Assembly (NCBI GenBank): GCA_964477745.1
Contig: CAYZEI010000001.1
Span: 64,393-128,392 of the forward strand
Length of the DNA stretch: 64,000 bases
Direction of reading: 5' to 3'
DNA from: an uncultured Candidatus Saccharibacteria bacterium
GTDB lineage: Bacteria > Patescibacteriota > Doudnabacteria > UBA920
Part shown: in pieces, positions 31,883 to 41,507 of the stretch
Layout: each line of letters opens with the position of its first letter
Position numbering within the stretch: the stretch's first letter is position 1
Notes under the pieces: generated by a model
The model's input: the letters and a program-made list of their open reading frames with translations, nothing else
Databases searched by the model: none
Told to the model about the DNA's origin: nothing
Program-made: the position numbers and the translations under genes

Positions 31883-32341
31883 TCAGGCATGAGCAGACGA
31901 TGCGGAAGGGACGAGCCCGGCCCGTTGCATTACCAACGGACCATGTATCCACGCCAGGAGTTGGAGGTGAGAAAATGTGACCTCCGCCTTTCGGATGGCT
32001 TCGCCATCAAAGGCGTGTTCGATCAGAATTTGGACACACCCCTCTTCTGGCTGAGGCTCGCACTGAACCATGGTGAACCCGTCACCTTTCTTCGTTCCTT
32101 GGTTTCGCTGTTCCCGGAGCGCCTTACCGCACAGACGAAACCGCTTCGCGAAGACCCCAAAGGCCAATTGGGGATTTCTCAGCTCAGGACAAGAATCCAT
32201 GTGAGCACGGAGATACTCCGCGACATCACAGGATTTTACTTCCCCTACCAACGGCTTGATGACAATATCTCGAGGAGCTACATCTCCTGAGGCCAAACTG
32301 GCACCTGAAGAGAACGTCAAACGATCAGTGTGTTTGCTCAT
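31883..32341 (-). CDS. Hypothetical 153-aa protein in GC-rich island
   Basis: AGAGGA RBS, ATG at 32341; terminator hairpin 31812..31842. Confidence 0.35.
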   Translation of the reverse strand: MSKHTDRLTFSSGASLASGDVAPRDIVIKPLVGEVKSCDVAEYLRAHMDSCPELRNPQLAFGVFAKRFRLCGKALREQRNQGTKKGDGFTMVQCEPQPEEGCVQILIEHAFDGEAIRKAEVTFSHLQLLAWIHGPLVMQRAGLVPSASSAHA

Positions 32342-32573
32342 CAATCCTCTTTTGTCTATAATATTTCCGGCCGTCCTGAGAAAATTTGAACGCCGAATTT
32401 AATTTAAATATTACTCCTACATAAACCATCTTGTCAAAGCCTCTCCTTGGCTAACGTTAGAGATACTGATATACTGATGCATGCTGATGGCGCTGAGAAA
32501 TTCCGATATCATTAAAATTTGATATCAGTATTATCCGTTTCATCTGTATTAATCCGTATATCAGTATCATATT

Positions 32574-33659
32574 ATGTCTTTTCAAATCGGCATCGTCGGC
32601 CTGCCTAACGTCGGCAAAAGCACCCTGTTTAACGCTATTACCAAAAGTAAAGTAGAAGCTGCCAATTATCCGTTTGCCACCATAGACCCAAACGTTGGCG
32701 TGGTTGCTGTGCCGGATGAACGCCTGGCAAAACTTTCGGAATTAGAAAAGAGTGAAAAAATTGTGCCTACATCCATAGAATTTGTAGATATTGCCGGGCT
32801 GGTAAAAGGCGCTTCCACGGGGGAAGGTTTGGGCAATAAATTTTTAAGCCACATCCGCGAAGTGGACGCGATTTTGGAAGTAGTGCGGGTATTTGAAAAT
32901 AAAGATATTATCCACGTTAACGGCAACGTTGACCCAAACCGCGATATGGAAACTATTGCCATTGAACTACAATTGGCGGATTTACAAAATGTAAACAACC
33001 GGCTAAATACTACAAGTAAACTGGCCAAATCCGGCGACCGCGACGCGGTGGTAAAAAAACAAGTTTTGGAAAAATATAAATTAGCTTTGGAAAAAGGTGA
33101 AATGGTGCGAACCGTAATGTTAACCGATGAAGAAAAAGAACACAGCAAAGATATTATTTTGCTGACCAATAAACCAATTATGTATGTGGTAAATGACGAA
33201 TTTAATTTAGAGAAAAAACAATTTGCTTCGGAAATTGCCAATGTTAAATTACCAATTGCTAATCCAATCCCAATTGATGCAAAAATTGAAAGCGAGCTGG
33301 CGGAACTGGAAGACGCAGAAAGAGCCGACTACCTCAAAGAACTCGGCCTTCCGGAATCCGGTTTGGATAAAATTATTAAATCTGCCTACAAAACTTTAGG
33401 CCTGATTACTTTTATAACTGCCGGGCCAAAAGAAAGTAAAGCCTGGACTTGCACCGCGGGTAGCAAAGCCCCACAAGCGGCCGGAAAAATTCATACCGAT
33501 TTTGAAAAAGGATTTATTCGCGCGGAAGTGATTCAATGGGACAAACTGCTGGAAGCCAAAGGATACGTTGGCGCCAAAGAAAAAGGTTGGCTTAGAGTAG
33601 AAGGCAAAGAATACGTTGTCCAAGACGGCGATGTAGTTCACTTTAGATTCACCGCTTAA
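32574..33659 (+). CDS. ychF: Ribosome-binding ATPase YchF (Obg family)
   Basis: GIVGLPNVGKSTLFNA P-loop, TGS C-terminal domain. Confidence 0.9.
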   Translation: MSFQIGIVGLPNVGKSTLFNAITKSKVEAANYPFATIDPNVGVVAVPDERLAKLSELEKSEKIVPTSIEFVDIAGLVKGASTGEGLGNKFLSHIREVDAILEVVRVFENKDIIHVNGNVDPNRDMETIAIELQLADLQNVNNRLNTTSKLAKSGDRDAVVKKQVLEKYKLALEKGEMVRTVMLTDEEKEHSKDIILLTNKPIMYVVNDEFNLEKKQFASEIANVKLPIANPIPIDAKIESELAELEDAERADYLKELGLPESGLDKIIKSAYKTLGLITFITAGPKESKAWTCTAGSKAPQAAGKIHTDFEKGFIRAEVIQWDKLLEAKGYVGAKEKGWLRVEGKEYVVQDGDVVHFRFTA

Positions 33660-33766
33660 AAATTCATAGCTCCCCTCTCCAGTACATGGAGAAAGGTTTT
33701 TAACAAAAGAAAAACGCGAGCCGTGAGGTCCGCGTTCTGCATGCCAACCGGGCAAGCTCGGGTTGT

Positions 33767-33985
33767 TTAGGCTCCTTTGACGAAGCCGATGATGATCAAC
33801 CACGCCGCTAGGGCATTGCACCCCCAGAACAGGGGTTTTGAACAGGTTTTCCGAAACCCATCCCACAGTGTCTGATACATTCCGGCGATTGAGCCAGTGT
33901 TGTTCAACGACTGGCTAAGAATTGGGATTCCCCACAAGACTGTGGAGAACAGGATGACACAAAGACCTAAAAAGATGAGAATCAT
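33767..33985 (-). CDS. Small two-TM membrane protein in GC-rich mini-island
   Basis: AAGGAGG RBS before MILIFLG...; hairpin terminator downstream. Confidence 0.35.
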   Translation of the reverse strand: MILIFLGLCVILFSTVLWGIPILSQSLNNTGSIAGMYQTLWDGFRKTCSKPLFWGCNALAAWLIIIGFVKGA

Positions 33986-34165
33986 GGCCCTCCTTGGGCT
34001 TGCCAAATTTATTCTTGGTTGAGCCAAGAATTCTGTATATTATAGCACTTTTTAAGTACTTTGTCAATATCTATGCCCTATCGACAAAAACCCAAGTAAA
34101 TGCTATAATTTCAACAACTTAATAATTCATATTCTCCCGACAGGGAGATAGAAAGGTTACTTTCT

Positions 34166-34696
34166 ATGCCGCAATATGAGCTCATGTATTTGCTTGGCAG
34201 CCAAGTTGCCGACGATGAAGTGCCGAAAATTTCTGAAAGCATATTAAAATTTGCTGCAGACTTTGGCGGAACTGACATTAAAGAGACTCAATTAGGAAAG
34301 AAAAAACTCGCCTACCCCATTGGCAAAACCCGCAACGGTCATTATGTTGTGGTTAATTTTACTATGGACGGCAAAAACATTAATGCCTTTGACGCGAAAA
34401 TCCACACTCAGGATACGCAAATTATCCGCTACCTGATTGTAAATTTGGACGAACATTTGGCCAGAATGGAAAAAGACCGCATTGCCCAATCTAAGATTGT
34501 GCGCAAAGGTCCTCCGTCAGAAGATGCTCCAATTGGTGTTCCGTTAATTACCAAACCGGTAGTAGCGGAAAAACCGGTTCGCAAAACAGTTTCCAAACCA
34601 GCGGTCAAAAAAGAAAAAGTAGTATTGGCCGAAATCAACCAGGAAGAACTGGATAAAAAAATCGAAGAAGCTTTGAGTGAAGACCTAACTAAATAA
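34166..34696 (+). CDS. rpsF: 30S ribosomal protein S6 with Lys-rich C-terminal extension
   Basis: MPQYELMYLL... S6 fold motifs. Confidence 0.85.
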   Translation: MPQYELMYLLGSQVADDEVPKISESILKFAADFGGTDIKETQLGKKKLAYPIGKTRNGHYVVVNFTMDGKNINAFDAKIHTQDTQIIRYLIVNLDEHLARMEKDRIAQSKIVRKGPPSEDAPIGVPLITKPVVAEKPVRKTVSKPAVKKEKVVLAEINQEELDKKIEEALSEDLTK

Positions 34697-34806
34697 ATTC
34701 TAATTACAAAACCCTAAATACTAAACAAATCACAAATTCCAAATTCTAATAGGTTTAGTATTTAGAAATTAGGATTTAGAGTTTGTAAAAATTAATTTTT
34801 ACTCAT

Positions 34807-35319
34807 ATGGACTTAAATAAAGTTATGATCATCGGGCGCTTAACCCGAGATCCAGAACTTCGCAGTACTCCTTCCGGCGTTAACGTTTGCCAAATTGGCG
34901 TAGCTACTTCTTACGTCTACACCAACCAGGCTACCGGTCAGAAGGTAGAACAAACTGAATTCCATAACGTGGTATTGTGGAGAAAATTGGGAGAAATTGC
35001 CAACCAATATTTAAAAAAAGGTGCTCAGGTGTTTATTGAAGGCCGTTTGCAAACCCGTAGCTGGGATGGCAAAGACGGCGCCAAACGCTACCGCACAGAA
35101 ATTATTGGTGACAACATGATTATGTTGGGCAAACCATCCTCCGGCGGAACTTCTTCCGCTACCGGTGGTTACTCCGCCCCAAGCAGTGCTCCAAGCCAAG
35201 CTCCTAAGGCCAGTAGTTCCACTTCCCAAGACTTTGGTGGTGCTCCGGCTCCAATTACCGAAGAACTCCCAACCATTGTCCAAGGCGAAGACATTAATGT
35301 AGAAGACATCCCTTTTTAA
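34807..35319 (+). CDS. ssb: Single-stranded DNA-binding protein
   Basis: OB-fold motifs, Gly/Ser-rich linker, acidic DIPF tail. Confidence 0.9.
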   Translation: MDLNKVMIIGRLTRDPELRSTPSGVNVCQIGVATSYVYTNQATGQKVEQTEFHNVVLWRKLGEIANQYLKKGAQVFIEGRLQTRSWDGKDGAKRYRTEIIGDNMIMLGKPSSGGTSSATGGYSAPSSAPSQAPKASSSTSQDFGGAPAPITEELPTIVQGEDINVEDIPF

Positions 35320-35441
35320 CCAAAGGTTAAAAAGGGAATGACAAGATTTAAAAGAATTAAAAGATTGGCAAGACTAAACTGCAATCTGCAGAACATTCAT
35401 GTCAATCATGTTCAATCCTGATCAATCATTTAAATTATATT

Positions 35442-35672
35442 ATGAGACCAACTAACAACACCCCCCAAGTAAAGAAGCAGTGTTATTTCTGCTCCAATAA
35501 AATCTCTACTGCGGATTACAAAGACACCACCACTTTGCGCCGGTTTATGTCTCCGCATGCAAAAATTTTAAATCACAACCGCACCGGCACTTGCCCAAAG
35601 CACCAGAGAATGGTAACCAAGTCTTTAAAGCAAGCCAGACATATGGCCCTTTTACCTTTCGTAGCGGCGTAA
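35442..35672 (+). CDS. rpsR: 30S ribosomal protein S18
   Basis: CYFC...RTGTCPKHQR motif. Confidence 0.85.
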   Translation: MRPTNNTPQVKKQCYFCSNKISTADYKDTTTLRRFMSPHAKILNHNRTGTCPKHQRMVTKSLKQARHMALLPFVAA

Positions 35673-35823
35673 AGAATAAATCCGAAATTTAAATCTCTAA
35701 ATTCTAAACAATACCTAAATTTAAAATTCCAATATTTAAACATTTGGATTTGAAAATTTGTTTAGAATTTAGCAATTAGGATTTCGAGTTTATTCAAAAT
35801 TTTATTAACAAAAATTTTGAATT

Positions 35824-36384
35824 ATGGATATTTCAGACATCAAACTCGGTGTTATTCTGATGTATAACAATGAACCGTGGCAAATTATCTGGTCGAACCG
35901 CATGCGCACCGCCCAGAGAAAACCGGTTATGCAAACCAAACTTCGCAACGTAATCACCGGCAAAGTTATTGAATACTCATTCAAGTTCGGAGAAAAAGTT
36001 GATGAAGCCGACGTGACCCGCGAAAAAGCAACCTTTATGTATGCGGACGAAGGCGGCACTCACTTTATGAACCAGGAAACTTTTGAAACCATTGATATGG
36101 TTAAAGAGTCCACTGCCGAACAAGAAGCGTTTTTAAAAGAAGGCTTTGAAGTTTCTATTATGCGCTTTAACGGCAATCCTGTTTCCATTGAACTGCCGAT
36201 TAAAGTAGATTTAAAAGTAGTGGAAGCTCCCCCGGATACCAAAGGCAACAGCGGTGGCAACGTAACCAAGCCGGTAAAAATGGAAACCGGTTTGCAAGTA
36301 GATGCACCAATGTTCATTAAAGAAGGTGACACGCTAAGAATAGATACCCGCACCGGTGAATACGTGGAAAGAGCGAGTCAGTAG
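35824..36384 (+). CDS. efp: Elongation factor P
   Basis: Three-domain EF-P length and motifs. Confidence 0.9.
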   Translation: MDISDIKLGVILMYNNEPWQIIWSNRMRTAQRKPVMQTKLRNVITGKVIEYSFKFGEKVDEADVTREKATFMYADEGGTHFMNQETFETIDMVKESTAEQEAFLKEGFEVSIMRFNGNPVSIELPIKVDLKVVEAPPDTKGNSGGNVTKPVKMETGLQVDAPMFIKEGDTLRIDTRTGEYVERASQ

Positions 36385-36420
36385 AATAGTAGATAGTATT
36401 TAGCATATAGTAGATAGAAA

Positions 36421-36467
36421 AACACCACTTCGATACGTCCACGTATCGAAGTGGTGTTTTGTTTTGG
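36421..36467 (+). terminator. Terminator after efp
   Basis: AACACCACTTCGATACG-loop-CGTATCGAAGTGGTGTT + T-tract. Confidence 0.65.
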
Positions 36468-36549
36468 GCAGTCTTTACATAAACCCAAAATACCCTTAAA
36501 CTTATGTGAGCCTGGTAACTAAACTAGGTAATTTACCCAAGGAGGGTGA

Positions 36550-36951
36550 ATGAGATCGCGACTGATTTTTCTACTGCACTGTTGCTGTTTATTCTCCTTG
36601 GTTGCGAGTTCGCTCGCTTCCGAGTTCATTAAACACACCCACCCCAAGTTCTTTGCCGGAACTTTTATTTACGGCCTCGGACTTGCCTCGGTCCTAACTT
36701 TAGCATCGTGGATGGTGTTCGGCGGTTGCCCGCTTACGTGGCTAGAAAACCACTACCGCAGACTGGAAGGCCGGCCAACGTACCACGGATCGTGTATGGT
36801 CCACTACTACCCCACACGGTGGTTAGGCCAGCCCAACTCGCGCTACATCCACTGCGCACTTTTTGCGATCATGGCTTACCCCGTGGCCGTCCGCTACAGC
36901 GAGCAAATCAAAAGCCTCTGCCTTTCGGCAGTCCGCTTTCTCCTCGAGTGA
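36550..36951 (+). CDS. Membrane protein (CPLTWLE motif, DUF2784-like) in GC-rich mini-island
   Basis: AAGGAGGG RBS, TM helices, terminator 36948..36983. Confidence 0.4.
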   Translation: MRSRLIFLLHCCCLFSLVASSLASEFIKHTHPKFFAGTFIYGLGLASVLTLASWMVFGGCPLTWLENHYRRLEGRPTYHGSCMVHYYPTRWLGQPNSRYIHCALFAIMAYPVAVRYSEQIKSLCLSAVRFLLE

Positions 36952-36971
36952 CCCGAGACACTTCGGGTCAC

Positions 36972-37781
36972 TCACTTTTTTTTACAAGATTTTATTTTAA
37001 CTACAAGCGGGCGATGGTCGGAAATATACGGTCCCATTTCCGCAAGTTGGACTACCAAATTTTTACACAACACCCAGTCTAATTTTAATTTAAACAGTTC
37101 CCAAAATTTTGTATAAAACGGCGACCAGGTAGGAAGGTCTAGTTCAAAAACTTCCTTGAACTTATTTTCTTCCGCTACCGAATTAAAAATAATCCGTTCG
37201 TCCTCGGACAAAAATTTATCTTCATAATTCAATTCGGAATTTGGTTCGCGATGCCACCACTGAATAATTTTTCTGGTCCAACCCGTCCTTACTATGGTAA
37301 CGTTAAAATCTCCGCAAAAAATTATTGGCTCGCCGTTATTAGGCGCATGAAAAAATAAATATTTTAACATTTTTAAACGGGACTTTGGCCCAACATCAAT
37401 AATTGGAAAGTGGCAATTATAAATATGCACTTTTTCTCCGTGAATATTTACCCGCGAGTAACTGGCCGATTCCACCACCGCTTTCGCCGGAACCAAATTT
37501 TTAGGAAAATATATTTCTTTGCTTTCTTCAATCGGAAACTTGGAAAGAATGACATTATGGTTTGCTCCATAAACTCTGACCGATGCCGTATTTTTGGCCG
37601 GCACAAAAATTTGATACTGTTTTAAATTTTCTAATTTTTCTGCAGCGTCGGTTAACTCTTGCAAACAAATTATGTCCGCTTGCTGTTTTTGTAAATAGGG
37701 TAAAATTTTTGAAAACTTTGTAACCGGCCCGTGACGAAACTGTTGGCCCTGCACATTCCACGACAATAGAGTAAACATCAT
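36972..37781 (-). CDS. Endonuclease/exonuclease/phosphatase (EEP) family protein
   Basis: LLSWNVQG N-term, SDHRPLV C-terminal motif. Confidence 0.75.
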   Translation of the reverse strand: MMFTLLSWNVQGQQFRHGPVTKFSKILPYLQKQQADIICLQELTDAAEKLENLKQYQIFVPAKNTASVRVYGANHNVILSKFPIEESKEIYFPKNLVPAKAVVESASYSRVNIHGEKVHIYNCHFPIIDVGPKSRLKMLKYLFFHAPNNGEPIIFCGDFNVTIVRTGWTRKIIQWWHREPNSELNYEDKFLSEDERIIFNSVAEENKFKEVFELDLPTWSPFYTKFWELFKLKLDWVLCKNLVVQLAEMGPYISDHRPLVVKIKSCKKK

Positions 37782-37867
37782 AATGAAGTAATTATATCAA
37801 AACACACTGTCCTTACAAAGGACAGTGTGTTTTCCTATTTACTATATGCTATCTACTAAATGCTAAT

Positions 37868-40261
37868 CTATTGTAATCTCACATCTCCATAAGTCATGGG
37901 AGACAAACGAGGTAAGGCTAAATCGTACAAATTAGCCGAGACAATAAAGCCGGCTTGGCCAGCGTTGTTTAAGAAGGTGTTCCAATCCGGAACCGGAATT
38001 AAACCTTGCTCGTGCACCATGTAAACGGCTACACCGCTCTTTACCCAAGCGCCCCATGGGTGACTGGAATAGTTTGTGCGAATAGCATAACCGGAATCAA
38101 CTAAACCGGAATTACCCACTTCGGTCACATTAGAAAATTTATAACCTAACCCGGTAAACACACCGGCGGAGACAAATCCTGTTTTGGTATTTTTATAAAC
38201 AATATATACCGTACCATTTTCGGAAATTAATTGACCGTTGGCATAAGTGCTGGCTCCCAACACGCCGGGATACGTAAGTCCCCCGCCGTTAGAATAACCA
38301 CTCACTGTCACATATACGCTAACACAGGCACTGTAACCACCGCTCTGGCAAATAGACAAGGTGGTACTTCCATATTGCCGACCATAAATGCTTAAAGCGT
38401 TGCCGGAAAGGGAGGCCGTCGCTACACCGGAATTGCTGTTACTGGAAATATAATAACTTCCGCTTCCGTATACTGTAACATTTACATTTTGATTAATACC
38501 AACTGTGACGCTGGGCTGCGACACGGACAAATTGCCACCGGAAGAACCCCCGCCAACTGTAACATACAGCGTACTGCAATAGCTCAAAGAAGAATGACAC
38601 ACGCTAATGCTGGTGGAACCATTTTGGTAAGCATACAAGTTCAGCACTGTGCCGGAAATGCTGGCACTGGCTATATTGGAATTGCTGTTACTGGAAATAT
38701 AATAAGAGGTATTGTTGTAATACGGATAAACAGCTGCATATGCACTGCTGTTAATGGATACTGCTAAACTTTGACCAACATATAAATTCGGGTTGGCCGG
38801 GCTAAACCACAAGTTAGTATTAGAGCCAAGTACGGAACCGGTGACGGTAACATACAAAGTGGCACAGCTACTAACATTATTCTGACACACGCTAATGCTG
38901 GTGGAACCGCTGGCTAAACCGTTTAAATAAAGTGAGCTACCGGAAATACTGGCTGTGGCCACATTTGGGTTGCCGTTAGAAGAAATATAATAGCTATTAT
39001 TATAGTTATAATTATTGTTATTATAAATCGTTACTGTCTGACTTTGTCCCGCGGTTAAACTAACATTGGAAGTGGTAAAATAAATATTCCCGTAACCGCC
39101 GGTTCCGCTTCCGGAAACCGTGACATAAATATATGCGCACTGCGTGGACGAGCTAATCGCACAAACATAAATAGTGCTACTGCCGGCGCTGTTTGCGTAA
39201 AGATTTATTTTATTTACATCCAAGGAAGAAGTTACAACCGACGGACTGCTGTTGGAAGAAATATAAACCGCCGGGGCATTGTACGCGGTAACGGTTAAAC
39301 TTTGACCGACAGTCATCGAGACGCTGGTTTGGGACAAAGACAAACTACCGTAACTGCTACCGGAAACTGTAACATACAAAGTGGCACAATTGGAGTAACT
39401 GCTTTGACAAACACTAATACTGGTGCTTCCACTGACCAATCCGCTCACATACAAAGAACTGCCCGACACATAAGCCGAAGCAACGCTAGAGTTAGAATTA
39501 CTGGAAATATAATAACTCCCGGAGGAATATCCGCTGTTGTTATAAATAGAGACATTAGAATTTTGTCCCGCGGTAAGCGTTAACGAAGATGGAGAAAAAT
39601 AAATATTTCCGCCATAATTACTACCTCCGCTAACCGTTACATACAAATAGGAGCAAGTAGACCCGGTTGAACAAACGGAAATTGTTGCGCTTCCGGAAGC
39701 AAGACCATAAACATTTATTGTGCTACCGGAAATGCTGGCGCTGGCTACACTGGAGTTACTATTGGAAGCAATATAATAACTACCGCTATAAATATAGCTA
39801 CCAATGGAAACGTAGGAAGAAGCACTTTGCCCCACACTTACAGATAAACTGGATGGGCTAATAGTTAGCCCGCCAACACTACATCCGTAGTATCCGCATC
39901 CACCTGTTCCGCTTGAACCCGGATAAATTGAAATGGTAGACGATTGCTGACCGCCAACTGTGACATACAGCTGAACTTGGCTGGAACTATAATCCGAAGG
40001 CATGCTCACAACTTGAGTAAAATATCCACTACCATCGGTTTGGCCAATATTGTTGACCGTGGTCCACAGGGTGCTGGATTGTCGGTAAGACAAATTTACT
40101 TGGCTAAAAGTTGCCGCATTGGAAACGGTTATTTGGACGTTGTCATTTCCACCCTGATAGTTAGCGGAAAGAGTCGGGGAATAGGCTAATGCTGGTCCGG
40201 CAATACTTAACAAACCCGCAACAAATCCCCCTAAAATAAGGCTTTTTATGTATTTAGTCAT
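37868..40261 (-). CDS. Large Ser/Thr/Gly-rich cell-surface protein with ~6 Ig-like (Big_2-like) tandem repeats
   Basis: Signal peptide MTKYIKSLILGGFVAGLLSIAGPALA; repeated YISSNSNSSVASA...SISVC...CATLYVTVSG units. Confidence 0.7.
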   Translation of the reverse strand: MTKYIKSLILGGFVAGLLSIAGPALAYSPTLSANYQGGNDNVQITVSNAATFSQVNLSYRQSSTLWTTVNNIGQTDGSGYFTQVVSMPSDYSSSQVQLYVTVGGQQSSTISIYPGSSGTGGCGYYGCSVGGLTISPSSLSVSVGQSASSYVSIGSYIYSGSYYIASNSNSSVASASISGSTINVYGLASGSATISVCSTGSTCSYLYVTVSGGSNYGGNIYFSPSSLTLTAGQNSNVSIYNNSGYSSGSYYISSNSNSSVASAYVSGSSLYVSGLVSGSTSISVCQSSYSNCATLYVTVSGSSYGSLSLSQTSVSMTVGQSLTVTAYNAPAVYISSNSSPSVVTSSLDVNKINLYANSAGSSTIYVCAISSSTQCAYIYVTVSGSGTGGYGNIYFTTSNVSLTAGQSQTVTIYNNNNYNYNNSYYISSNGNPNVATASISGSSLYLNGLASGSTSISVCQNNVSSCATLYVTVTGSVLGSNTNLWFSPANPNLYVGQSLAVSINSSAYAAVYPYYNNTSYYISSNSNSNIASASISGTVLNLYAYQNGSTSISVCHSSLSYCSTLYVTVGGGSSGGNLSVSQPSVTVGINQNVNVTVYGSGSYYISSNSNSGVATASLSGNALSIYGRQYGSTTLSICQSGGYSACVSVYVTVSGYSNGGGLTYPGVLGASTYANGQLISENGTVYIVYKNTKTGFVSAGVFTGLGYKFSNVTEVGNSGLVDSGYAIRTNYSSHPWGAWVKSGVAVYMVHEQGLIPVPDWNTFLNNAGQAGFIVSANLYDLALPRLSPMTYGDVRLQ

Positions 40262-40289
40262 ATATTTATATGGTTAATTCTTGACTTTA

Positions 40290-40860
40290 TATTATACTCT
40301 TTTGCCCCTCAAGCGTCAATGCAATTTTAAAGGCCCCCGGAAACTTCTGACGAAGCGTGGAGGCCTTTGCTTGAACATCTTTTAACCACCGATGGTGGCA
40401 AGCTGTTCAAACCCGGTAACCGTAGCCGGGGCGGAGATTAGGAGATCACCTCCTTTCGGAAATGATTACAACCATCGTGCGTGGTCATGGTAATACTCCT
40501 TTTCCTGTATGGGTTGATACCTGCCGGAGCTAGCCTTAAGCTCAGGCAAAAATAGAATGGCCTAAGAAATGCCCCTGGGGTCAATGACCCCGTGTCGTGC
40601 CGCAAAAGATCTTGCGGGCTTTCCGGTTTTTGCCGTGGGTTTGTGACTTGAGCCTTTTGGCCTTTCAGTCCGAGGAAATCTCGGATTGGCCTGAAGCCGG
40701 TCAATCACCGGACCAGATTCGGGGGGAGTCGGCATTATGCGAAAATGCGGATCGCGCCGGTTGTCTCGCCGGATCACGGACAGGAATGAGCCCATATTTA
40801 ACCTCCTATGGTTTGTGGGCAAAAAAATGCTCCTTTGGCTTTTTAGGGCTTAAGGAGTTC
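40290..40860. other. GC-rich non-coding block; candidate structured RNA (unclassified), contains 16S-3'-end-like segment
   Basis: GC ~55% vs ~40% flanks, many short hairpins, no convincing ORF; GGTAACCGTAG...GATCACCTCCTTTC at 40420..40466. Confidence 0.3.
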
Positions 40861-40976
40861 GAACAACTAATATTAATACAAAGCTCTCTTGGAATTTATC
40901 TACAAAATCTGCAGATTGTGGAAACGCAACATTCATAAGTAGTATATTAGCCTTATGCTGGTATTATAGCACATTG

Positions 40977-41507
40977 CTAACTTTTCAAAAAAACCTTGGC
41001 AGACAGCACGGCTCTGGAGCCTTCCCCTACCGAGGTTACTGAATTACCCGGCGCCCCGGACAAAACAGACCCACCCGCAAACAGTCCGGGAACATTGGTG
41101 GCCATTTGTGCGTCCACTTTAATTTTATTTTTAAAATCTTTAAATGCGGTTAAATCAAAAGCTGTATTACCTTCATGAGTTACGGAATTCTCACCGCTAC
41201 AAATAATAACACTTTTAGCATAAAAAGTTTGTCCGCTTTTTGTTTCCACAGAAAAACTAATCACGTTTTTTTCCAAAGAAGTTACTTCCTGTTTTAAGTA
41301 TAATTCAAAAAATTGAGCAGAGTTTTCTGTTACTTTAACTAATTCTTTTTGCATTTTTTTAGCATCGAATAAATTTAACTCTGTCGCTCCAACTTTTAGA
41401 ACGGAAAATTCCTTTGCCACCAGCAAAGTTTTTAGTTTTAATTTTACGGCGGTCAGCGCCGCGGACATTCCGGACATCCCCGCACCGATGATTATAATGT
41501 CATGCAT
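40977..41507 (-). CDS. Thioredoxin-reductase-like FAD-domain protein lacking the NADPH/redox-disulfide domain
   Basis: IIIIGAGMSGMSAA Rossmann and VPGLFAGG motifs alignable to both ends of trxB (45644..46576); 176 aa. Confidence 0.5.
   Translation of the reverse strand: MHDIIIIGAGMSGMSAALTAVKLKLKTLLVAKEFSVLKVGATELNLFDAKKMQKELVKVTENSAQFFELYLKQEVTSLEKNVISFSVETKSGQTFYAKSVIICSGENSVTHEGNTAFDLTAFKDFKNKIKVDAQMATNVPGLFAGGSVLSGAPGNSVTSVGEGSRAVLSAKVFLKS

Noticed and set aside
35824-36384. Inferring the EF-P modification type from the loop sequence (RTAQRKP)
   Set aside because: The alignment of the loop to the E. coli K34 / Pseudomonas R32 position is ambiguous without a proper alignment.
38300-39800. 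Possible CRISPR array suggested by regular DNA repeats
   Set aside because: The repeats are ~270-nt coding repeats of the Ig-like surface protein (one continuous ORF) with no short direct-repeat/spacer architecture. No CRISPR-like array is seen anywhere in the window.
40290-40860. Assignment of the GC-rich block to tmRNA, RNase P RNA, SRP RNA or a complete 16S rRNA
   Set aside because: I could not find the tmRNA tag-resume/T-arm + CCA, the RNase P P4 consensus (GGAAAGUCCGGGCUCC / ACAGAANCCGGCUUA), or SRP domain IV by eye. There is no room for a 1.5-kb 16S gene upstream. I therefore left it as an unclassified candidate RNA.
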